DNA of 64,000 nucleotides. It comes from Antedon mediterranea. Its lineage: Eukaryota > Animalia > Echinodermata. Positions 53,501-64,000 of this stretch are shown one piece after another (position 1 is the stretch's first letter; each line of letters starts with the position of its first letter). The notes below the pieces were generated by a model. It was not told the origin of the DNA and searched no databases. It worked only from the letters and a program-made list of their open reading frames with translations. The position numbers and the translations under genes are program-made. The stretch covers positions 10,538,352 through 10,602,351 of the forward strand of contig NC_092678.1 of assembly GCF_964355755.1 (NCBI RefSeq). The letters run 5' to 3'.

Positions 53501-56500
53501 GCGATTTGAAGGTATTCTGAGCACTTTGGTGTTTTTGGGTGAAAAGTTTTAACGAAATGCTCAAAATGGTCTAAAACGGTTTCTAATGTGATTTTAAGCA
53601 CTTTGAAGTATTTGTAAAAACAAGTTTCATCGAAATGCACAAAATAGTCTAAAACGTCTCCAAATGCGATTTGAAGCTTTTCTAAGCACTTTGGTGTTTT
53701 TATGTTAACAAGTTTTTTCGAAAATCACAAAATGGTCTAAAACGTCTCCAAATGCGATTTGAAGATATTCTGAGCACTTTGGTGTTTTTATGTTAAAAAG
53801 TATTTTCGAAAATCACAAAATGGTCTAAAACGTCTCCAAATGCGATTTGAAGCTCTTCTGTACACTTTGATGTTTTGTGTGAAAAAGTTTAGTCGAAATG
53901 CTCAAAATGGTCTAAAACGTTTTTAAAACGATATTAAGCTATTTTGTGCTCTTTGATGTTTTTGTATAACCAAGTTTCATCGAAATGAACAAAATGGTCT
54001 AAAACGTCTCCAAATGCGATTTGAAGCTTTTCTAAGCACTTTGGTGTTTTTATGTTAACAAGTTTTTTCGAAAATCACAAAATGGTCTAAAACGTCTCCA
54101 AATGCGATTTGAAGATATTCTGAGCACTTTGCTGTTTTTATGTTAACATGTTTTTTCGAAAATCACAAAATGGTCTAAAACGTCTCAAAATGCTATTTGA
54201 AGGTATTCTGAGCACTTTGGTGTTTTTGTGTGAAAAGTTTTAACGAAATGCTCAAAATGGTCTAAAACGGTTCTAATGTGATTTTAAACACTTTGATGTT
54301 TTGTGTGAAAAAGTTTTGTCAAAATGCTCAAAATGGTCTAAAACGTTTTTAAAACGATATTAAGCTATTTTGTGCTCTTTGATGTTTTTGTATAACCAAG
54401 TTTTTTCGAAAATCACAAAATGGTCTAAAACGTCTCCAAATGCGATTTGAAGATATTCTGAGCACTTTGGTGTTTTTATGTTAAAAAGTTTTTTCGAAAA
54501 TCACAAAATGGTCTAAAACGTCTCCAAATGCGATTTGAAGATATTCTGAGCACTTTGGTGTTTTTATGTTAAAAAGTTTTTTCGAAAATCACAAAATGGT
54601 CTAAAACGTCTCCAAATGCGATTTGAAGCTATTCTATACACTTTGATGTTTTGTGTTAAAAAGTTTTGTCGAAATGCTCAAAATGGTTTAAAACGTTTTT
54701 AAAACGATATTAAGCTATTTTGTGCTCTTTGATGTTTTTGTGTAACCAAGTTTCATCGAAATGAACAAAATGGTCTAAAACGTCTCCAAATGCGATTTGA
54801 AGCTTTTCCAAGCACTTTGCTGTTTTTATGTTAACAAGTTTTTTCGAAAATCACAAAATTGTCTAAAACGTCTCAAAATGCGATTTGAAGGTATTCTGAG
54901 CACTTTGGTGTTTTTGTGTGAAAAGTTTTAACGAAAAGCTCAAAATGGTCTAAAACGGTTCTAATGTGATTTTAAGCACTTTGATGTTTTTGTACAACCA
55001 AGTTTCATCGAAATGCTCAAAATGGTCTAAAACGTTTTTAAAACGATATTAAGCTATTTTGTGCTCTTTGATGTTTTTGTGTAACCAAGTTTTTTCGAAA
55101 ATCACAAAATGGTCTAAAACGTCTCCAAATGCGATTTGAAGCTTTTCTAAACACTTTGGTGTTTTTGTGTTAACAAGTTTTTTCGAAAATCACAAAATGG
55201 TCTAAAATGTCTCCAAATGCGATTTGAAGCTTTTCTAAGCACTTTGGTGTTTTTATGTTAACAAGTTTTTTTGAAAATCACAAAATGGTCTAAAACGTCT
55301 CAAAATGCGATTTGAAGGTATTCTGAGCACTTTGGTGTTTTTGTGTGAAAATTTTTAACGAAATGCTCAAAATGGTCTAAAACGGTTTCTAATGTGATTT
55401 TAACCACTTTGATGTTTTTGTGTAACCAAGTTTTTTCGAAAATCACAAAATGGTCTAAAACGTCTCCAAATGCGATTTGAAGCTTTTCTAAACACTTTGG
55501 TGTTTTTGTGTTAAAAAGTTTTTTCGAAAATCACAAAATGGTCTAAAACGTCTCAAAATGCGATTTGAAGGTATTCTGAGCACTTTGGTGTTTTTGTGTG
55601 AAAAGTTTTAACGAAATGCTCAAAATGGTCTAAAACGGTTTCTAATGTGATTTTAACCACTTTGATGTTTTTGTGTAACCAAGTTCTTTTCGAAAATCAC
55701 AAAATGGTCTAAAATGTCTCCAAATGCGATTTGAAGCTTTTCTAAGCACTTTGGTGTTTTTATGTTAACAAGTTTTTTTGAAAATCACAAAATGGTCTAA
55801 AACGTCTCAAAATGCGATTTGAAGGTATTCTGAGCACTTTGGTGTTTTTGTGTGAAAATTTTTAACGAAATGCTCAAAATGGTCTAAAACGGTTTCTAAT
55901 GTGATTTTAACCACTTTGATGTTTTTGTGTAACCAAGTTTTTTCGAAAATCACAAAATGGTCTGAAACGTCTCCAAATGCGATTTGAAGCTTTTCTAAGC
56001 ACTTTGGTGTTTTTATGTTAACAAGTTTTTTCGAAAATCACAAAATGGTCTAAAACGTCTCCAAATGCGATTTGAAGCTATTCTGTACACTTTGATGTTT
56101 TGTGTGAAAAGTTTTAACGAAATGCTCAAAATTGTCTAAAACGGTTTCTAATGTGATTTTAAGCACTTTGATGTTTTTGTAAAACCAAGTTTCATCGAAA
56201 TGCACAAAATGGTCTAAAACGTCTCCAAATGCGATTTGAAGCTTTTCCAAGCACTTTGGTGTTTTTATGTTAACAAGGTTTTTCGAAAATCACAAAATGG
56301 TCTAAAACGTCTCCAAATGCGATTTGAAGCTTTTCCAAGCACTTTGCTGTTTTTATGTTAACAAGTTTTTTCGAAAATCACAAAATGGTCTAAAACGTCT
56401 CAAAATACGATATTAAGCTGTTTTGTGCACTTTGATGATTTGTGTGAAAAGTTTTAACGAAATGCTCAAAATGGTCTAAAACGGTTTCTAATGTGATTTT

Positions 56501-59500
56501 AAGCACTTTGATGTTTTTATGTAGCCAAGTTTTTTCGAAAATCACAAAATGGTCAAAAACGTCTCCAAATGCGATTTGAAGCTTTTCTAAGCACTTTGGT
56601 TTTTTTATGTTAACAAGTTTTTTCGAAAATCACAAAATGGTCTAAAACGTCTTCAAATGCGATTTGAAGATATTCTGAGCACTTTGGTGTTTTTCTGTTA
56701 AAAAGTATTTTCGAAAATCACAAAATGGCCTAAAACGTCTCCAAATGCGATTTGAAGCTATTCTGTACACTTTGATGTTTTGTGTGAAAAAGTTTTGTCA
56801 AAATGCTCAAAATGGTCTAAAACGTTTTTAAAACGATATTAAGCTATTTTGTGCTCTTTGATGTGTTTGTATAACCAAGTTTTTTCGAAAATCACAAAAT
56901 GGTCTAAAACGTCTCCAAATGCGATTTGAAGCTTTTCCAAGCACTTTCCTGTTTTTATGTTAACAATTTTTTTCGAAAATCATAAAATGGTCTAAAACGT
57001 CTCCAAATGCGATTTGAAGCTATTCTGTACACTTTGATGTTTTGTGTGAAAAGTTTTGTCGAAATGCTCAAAACGGTCTAAAACGTTTTTAAAACGATAT
57101 TAAGCTATTTTGTGCTCTTTGATGTTTTTGTGTAACCAAGTTTCATCGAAATGAACAAAATGGTCTAAAACGTCTCCAAATGCGATTTGAAGCTTTTCTA
57201 AGCACTTTGGTGTTTTTATGTTAACAAGTTTTTTCGAAAATCACAAAATGGTCTAAAACGTCTCCAAATGCGATTTGAAGATATTCTGAGCACTTTGCTG
57301 TTTTTATGTTAACAAGTTTTTTCGAAAATCACAAAATGGTCTAAAACGTCTCAAAATGCTATTTGAAGGTATTCTGAGCACTTTGGTGTTTTTGTGTGAA
57401 AAGTTTTAACGAAATGCTCAAAATGGTCTAAAACGGTTCTAATGTGATTTTAAGCACTTTGATGTTTTTGTATAACCAAGTTTCATCGAAATGCTCAAAA
57501 TGGTCTAAAACGTTTTTAAAACGATATTAAGCTATTTTGTGCTCTTTGATGTTTTTGTGTAACGAAGTTTCATCGAAATGAACAAAATGGTCTAAAACGT
57601 CTCCAAATGCGATTTGAAGCTTTTCCAAGCACTTTGCTGTTTTTATGTTAACAAGTTTTTTCGAAAATCACAAAATGGCCTAAAACGTCTCAAAATGCGA
57701 TTTCAAGGTATTCTGAGCACTTTGGTGTTTTTGTGTGAAAGGTTTTAACGAAATGCTCAAAATGGTCTAAAACGGTTTCTAATGTGATTTAAAGCACTTT
57801 GATGTTTTTGTATAACCAAGTTTCATCGAAATGCACAAAATGGTCTAAAACGTCTCCAAATGCGATTTGAAGCTTTTCTAAGCACTTTGCTGTTTTTATG
57901 TTAACAAGTTTTTTCGAAAATCACAAAATGGTCTAAAACGTCTCCAAATGCGATTTGAAGATATTCTGAGCACTTTGGTGTTTTTATGTTAAAAAGTTTT
58001 TTCGAAAATCACAAAATGGTCTAAAACGTCTCCAAATGCGATTTGAAGATATTCTGAGCACTTTGGTGTTTTTATGTTAAAAAGTTTTTTCGAAAATCAC
58101 AAAATGGTCTAAAACGTCTCCAAATGCGATTTGAAGCTATTTTGTACACTTTGATGTTTTGTGTGAAAAAGTTTTGTCGAAATGCTCAAAATGGTCTAAA
58201 ACGTTTTTAAAACGATATTAAGCTATTTTGTGCTCTTTGATGTTTTTCTGTAACCAAGTTTTATCGAAATGAACAAAATGGTCTAAAACGTCTCCAAATG
58301 CGATTTGAAGCTTTTCCAAGCACTTTGCTGTTTTTATGTTAACAAGTTTTTTCGAAAATCACAAAATGGTCTAAAACGTCTCAAAATGCGATTTGAAGGT
58401 ATTCTGAGCACTTTGGTGTTTTTGTGTGAAAAGTTTTAACGAAATGCTCAAAATTGTCTAAAACGGTTTCTAATGTGATTTTAAGCACTTTGATGTTTTT
58501 GTAAAACCAAGTTTCATCGAAATGAACAAAATGGTCTAAAATGTCTCCAAATGCGATTTGAAGCTTTTCCAAGCACTTTGCTGTTTTTATGTTAACAAGC
58601 TTTTTCGAAAATCACAAAATGGTCTAAAACGTCTCCAAATGCGATTTGAAGATATTCTGAGCACTTTGGTGTTTTTATGTTAAAAATTTTTTTCGAAAAT
58701 CACAAAATGGTCTAAAACGTCTCCAAATGCGATTTGAAGATATTCTGAGCACTTTGGTGTTTTTATGTTAAAAAGTTTTTTCGAAAATCACAAAATGGTC
58801 TAAAACGTCTCCAAATGCGATTTGAAGCTATTCTGTACACTTTGATGTTTTGTGTGAAAAAGTTTTGTCGAAATGCTCAAAATGGTTTAAAACGTTTTTA
58901 AAACGATATTAAGTTATTTTGTGCTCTTTGATGTTTTTGTGTAACCAAGTTTCATCGAAATGAACAAAATGGTCTAAAACGTCTCCAAATGCGATTTGAA
59001 GCTTTTCCAAGCACTTTGCTGTTTTTATGTTAACAAGTTTTTTCGAAAATCACAAAATGGTGTAAAACGTCTCAAAACGCGATTTGAAGGTATTCTGAGC
59101 ACTTTGGTGTTTTTGTGTGAAAAGTTTTAACGAAATGCTCAAAATGGTCTAAAACGGTTCTAATGTGATTTTAAGCTATTCTAGACACTTTGATGTTTTG
59201 TGTGAAAAAGTTTTCTCGAAATGCTCAAAATGGTCTAAAACGTTTTCCAATACCATATTAAGCTATTTTGTGCAATTTGATGTTTTTGTGTAACCAAGTT
59301 TTTTGAAATGCGATTTGAAGATATTCTGAGGACTTTGGTGTTTTTATGTTAAAAAGTTTTTTCGAAAATCACAAAATGGTCTAAAACGTCTCCAAATGCG
59401 ATTTGAAGATATTCTGAGCACTTTGGTGTTTTTATGTTAAAAAGTTTTTTCGAAAATCACAAAATGGTCTAAAACGTCTCCAAATGCGAGTTGAAGCTAT

Positions 59501-62500
59501 TCTGTACACTTTGATGTTTTGTGTGAAAAAGTTTTGTCGAAATGCTCAAAATGGTCTAAAACGTTTTTAAAACGATATTAAGCTATTTTGTGCTCTTTGA
59601 TGTTTTTGTGTAACCAAGTTTTTTCGAAAATCACAAAATGGTCTAAAACGTCTCCAAATGCGATTTGAAGCTTTTCTAAGCACTTTGGTGTTTTTATGTT
59701 AACAAGTTTTTTCGCAAATCACAAAATGGTCTAAAACGTCTCCAAATGCGATTTGAAGATATTCTGAGCACATTGGTGTTTTTATGTTAAAAAGTTTTTT
59801 CGAAAATCACAAAATGGTCTAAAACGTTTCCAAATGCGATTTGAAGCTCTTCTGTAGACTTTGATGTTTTGTGTGAAAAAGTTTTTTCGAAATGCTCAAA
59901 ATGGTCTAAAACGTTTTTAAATACGATATTAAGCTGTTTTGTGCACTTTGATGGTTTGTGTGAAAAGTTTTAACGAAATGCTCAAAATGGTCAAAAACGG
60001 TTTCTAATGTGATTTTAAGCACTTTGATGTTTTTGTGTAACCAAGTTTTTTCGAAAATCACAAATTGGTCTAAAACGTCTCCAAATGCGATTTGAAGCTT
60101 TTCTAAACACTTTGGTGCTTTTATGTTAACAAGTTTTTTCGAAAATCACAAAATGGTCTAAAACGTCTCCAAATGCGATTTGAAGCTTTTCTAAACACTT
60201 TGGTGTTTTTATGTTAACAAGTTTTTTCGAAAATCACAAAATGGTCTAAAACGTCTCCAAATGCGATTTGAAGATATTCTGTACACTTTGATGTTTTGTG
60301 TGAAAAAGTTTTCTCGAAATGCTCAAAATGGTCTAAAACGTTTTCCAATACCATATTAAGCTATTTTGTGCAATTTGATGTTTTTATGTAACCAAGTTTT
60401 TTGAAATGCGATTTGAAGATATTCTGAGCACTTTGGTGTTTTTATGTTAAAAAGTTTTTTCGAAAATCACAAAATGGTCTAAAACGTCTCCAAATGCGAT
60501 TTGAAGATATTCTGAGCACTTTGGTGTTTTTATGTTAAAAAGTTTTTTCGAAAATCACAAAATGGTCTAAAACGTCTCCAAATGCGATTTGAAGCTATTC
60601 TGTACACTTTGATGTTTTGTGTGAAAAAGTTTTGTCGAAATGCTCAAAATGGTCTAAAACGTTTTTAAAACGATATTAAGCTATTTTGTGCTCTTTGATG
60701 TTTTTGTGTAACCAAGTTTTTTCGAAAATCACAAAATGGTCTAAAAAGTCTCCAAATGCGATTTGAAGCTTTTCTAAGCACTTTGGTGTTTTTATGTTAA
60801 CAAGTTTTTTCGAAAATCACAAAATGGTCTAAAACGTCTCAAAATGCGATTTGAAGGTATTCTGAGCACTTTGGTGTTTTTGTGTGAAAAGTTTTAACGA
60901 AATGCTCAAAATGGTCTAAAACGGTTTCTAATGTGATTTTAAGCACTTTGATGTTTTTGTGTAACCAAGTTTTTTCGAAAATCACAAAATGGTCTAAAAC
61001 GTCTCCAAATGCGATTTGAAGCTATTCTGTACACTTTGATGTTTTGTGTGAAAAAAGTTTTGTCGAAATGCTCAAAATGGTCTAAAACGTTTTTAAAACG
61101 ATATTGAGCTATTTTGTGCTCTTTGATGTTTTTGTGTAACCAAGTTTTATCGAAATGAACAAAATGGTCTAAAACGTCTCCAAATGCGATTTGAAGCTTT
61201 TCCAAGCACTTTGCTGTTTTTATGTTAACAGGTTTTTTCGAAAATCACAAAATGGTCTAAAACGTCTCAAAATGCGAATTGAAGGTATTCTGAGCACTTT
61301 GGTGTTTTTGTGTGAAAAGTTTTAACGAAATGCTCAAAATTGTCTAAAACGGTTTCTAATGTGATTTTAAGCACTTTGATGTTTTTGTAAAACCAAGTTT
61401 CATCGAAATGCACAAAATGGTCTAAAATGTCTCCAAATGCGATTTTAAGCTTTTCCAAGCACTTTGCTGTTTTTATGTTAACAAGCTTTTTCGAAAATCA
61501 CAAAATGGTCTAAAACGTCTCCAAATGCGATTTGAAGATATTCTGAGCACTTTGGTGTTTTTATGTTAAAAAGTTTTTTCGAAAATCACAAAATGGTCTA
61601 AAACGTCTCCAAATGCGATTTGAAGATATTCTGAGAACTTTGGTGTTTTTATGTTAAAAAGTTTTTTCGAAAATCACAAAATGGTCTAAAACGTCTCCAA
61701 ATGCGATTTGAAGCTATTCTGTACACTTTGATGTTTTGTGTGAAAAAGTTTTGTCGAAATGCTCAAAATGGTTTAAAACGTTTTTAAAACGATATTAAGC
61801 TATTTTGTGCTCTTTGATGTTTTTGTATAACCAAGTTTCATCGAAATGCACAAAATGGTCTAAAACGTCTCCAAATGCGATTTGAAGCTTTTCTAAGCAC
61901 TTTGCTGTTTTTATGTTAACAAGTTTTTTCGAAAATCACAAAATGGTCTAAAACGTCTCCAAATGCGATTTGAAGATATTCTGAGCACTTTGGTGTTTTT
62001 ATGTTAAAAAGTTTTTTCGAAAATCACAAAATGGTCTAAAACGTCTCCAAATGCGATTTGAAGATATTCTGAGCACTTTGGTGTTTTTATGTTAAAAAGT
62101 TTTTTCGAAAATCACAAAATTGTCTAAAACGTCTCCAAATGCGATTTGAAGCTATTCTGTACCCTTTGATGTTTTGTGTGAAAAAGTTTTGTCGAAATGC
62201 TCAAAATGGTCTAAAACGTTTTTAAAACGATATAAAGCTATTTTGTGCTCTTTGATGTTTTTGTGTAACCAAGTTTTTTCGAAAATCACAAAATGGTCTA
62301 AAACGTCTCCAAATGCGATTTGAAGCTTTTCTAAGCACTTTGGTGTTTTTATGTTAACAAGTTTTTTCGAAAATCACAAAATGGTCTAAAACGTTTTAAA
62401 ATGCGATTTGAAGGTATTCTGAGCACTTTGGTGTTTTTGTGTGAAAAGTTTTAACGAAATGCTCAAAATGGTCTAAAACGGTTTCTAATGTGATTTTAAC

Positions 62501-64000
62501 CACTTTGATGTTTTTGTGTAACCAAGTTTTTTCGAAAATCACAAAATGGTCTAAAACGTCTCCAAATGCGATTTGAAGCTTTTCTAAGCACTTTGGTGTT
62601 TTTATGTTAACAAGTTTTTTCGAAAATCACAAAATGGTCTAAAACGTCTCCAAATGCGATTTGAAGCTATTCTGTACACTTTGATGTTTTGTGTGAAAAA
62701 GTTTCTCGAAATGCTCAAAATGGTCTAAAACGTTTTCCAATACCATATTAAGCTATTTTGTGCAATTTGATGTTTTTGTGTAACCAAGTTTTTTGAAATG
62801 CGATATTAAGATATTCTGAGCACTTTGGTGTTTTTATGTTAAAAAGTTTTTTCGAAAATCACAAAATGGTCTAAAACGTCTCCAAATGCGATTTGAAGAT
62901 ATTCTGAGCACTTTGGTGTTTTTATGTTAAAAAGTTTTTTCGAAAATCACAAAATGGTCTAAAACGTCTCCAAATGCGATTTGAAGCTATTCTGTACACT
63001 TTGATGTTTTGTGTGAAAAAGTTTTGTCGAAATGCTCAAAATGGTCTAAAACGTTTTTAAAACGATATTAAGCTATTTTGTGCTCTTTGATGTTTTTGTG
63101 TAACCAAGTTTTTTCGAAAATCACGAAATGGTCTAAAACGTCTTCAAATGCGATTTGAAGCTTTTCTAAGCACTTTGGTGTTTTTATGTTAACAAGTTTT
63201 TTCGCAAATCACAAAATGGTCTAAAACGTCTCCAAATGCGATTTGAAGATATTCTGAGCACATTGGTGTTTTTATGTTAAAAAGTTTTGTCGAAATGCTC
63301 AAAATGGTCTAAAACGTTTTTAAAACGATATTAAGCTATTTTGTCCTCTTTGATGTTTTTATGTAACCAAGTTTCATCGAAATGAACAAAATGGTCTAAA
63401 ACGTCTCCAAATGCGATTTGAAGCTTTTCCAAGCACTTTGCTGTTTTTATGTTAACAAGTTTTTTCGAAAATCACAAAATGGTCTAAAACGTCTCAAAAT
63501 GCGATTTGAAGGTATTCTGAGCACTTTGGTGTTTTTGTGTGAAAAGTTTTAACGAAATGCTCAAAATGGTCTAAAACGGTTTCTAATGTGATTTTAAGCA
63601 CTTTGATGTTTTTGTATAACCAAGTTTCATCGAAATTCACAAAATGGTCTAAAACGTCTCCAAATGCGATTTTAAGCTTTTCTAAGCACTTTGGTGTTTT
63701 TATGTTAACAAGGTTTTTCGAAAATCACAAAATGGTCTAAAACGTCTCCAAATGCGATTTGAAGATATTCTGAGCACTTTGGTGTTTTTATGTTAACAAG
63801 TTTTTTCGAAAATCACAAAATGGTCTAAAACGTCTAAAAATACGATATTAAGCTGTTTTGTGCACTTTGATGATTTGTGTGAAAAGTTTTAACGAAATGC
63901 TCAAAATGGTCTAAAACGGTTTCTAATGTGATTTTAAGCACTTTGATGTTTTTATGTAGCCAAGTTTTTTCGAAAATCACAAAATGGTCAAAAACGTCTC
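50510..64000 (+). repeat. Long higher-order copy of ~740-13278 (offset 49,768 rising to 50,722)
   Basis: Shared rare variants occur in the same order: TGCGATTGAA 1061/50829, TAGCGATTTG 1651/51420, TTTCTGTTAAAAAGTAATTT 3241/53010, GATTTTAAACAC 4161/54280. ORF-track pairs agree (5590/56050, 7660/58381, 10217/60939, 10545/61267), and window end 64000 corresponds to 13278. Confidence 0.9.

Larger units (their letters stand above)
15332..64000. repeat. Same tandem satellite array, right of the transposon
   Basis: Same monomer family and orientation. It resumes in register (TTAACAAGTTTTTTCGAAAATCAC) immediately after the insertion and runs off the window end. Confidence 0.98.

Noticed and set aside
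387-61458. Recurrent 60-88 aa ORFs in the track (e.g. MEKLQIAFGDVLDHFVHFD...)
   Set aside because: They are translations of 2-3 satellite monomers, since 87 and 78 are multiples of 3. They begin at TTG/GTG-type codons, end wherever an 88 bp monomer shifts the frame, and show no recognisable domain.
1-64000. CRISPR-like pattern (constant anchor with variable intervening sequence)
   Set aside because: The intervening sequences are mutually homologous and reused hundreds of times. There are no unique spacers, leader or cas genes.
1-64000. Inversions or strand switches in the array
   Set aside because: Every monomer I inspected is in the same orientation; no reverse-complement anchor (CGTTTTAGACCATTTTG) was seen by eye.

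Overview
The window is almost entirely one head-to-tail, single-orientation, AT-rich tandem satellite array, most likely eukaryotic heterochromatin or (peri)centromere. It is built from a family of related ~87-88 bp monomers plus a 78 bp deletion derivative. The reference monomer is GGTCTAAAACGTCTCCAAATGCGATTTGAAGCTTTTCTAAGCACTTTGGTGTTTTTATGTTAACAAGTTTTTTCGAAAATCACAAAAT. About eight recognisable monomer variants follow fairly strict adjacency rules and are organised in irregular higher-order blocks. Multi-kb segments recur at offsets of about 2.0, 3.2, 7.5, 13.0, 14.0, 15.9, 32.4, 40.1 and 49.8-50.7 kb. The only non-satellite DNA is a 1,062 bp non-coding DNA transposon (14270-15331) with perfect 14 bp TIRs and a TTAA duplication (piggyBac-like, non-autonomous). 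Its exact empty paralogous sites are present in the same window (TTAA at 39576 and 47691). A scrambled ~400 bp patch at ~39.7-40.1 kb looks like an assembly or polishing artefact. No credible protein-coding gene, RNA gene or CRISPR array is present, and the ORFs in the track are by-products of the repeat. Block boundaries were read by eye and are approximate.
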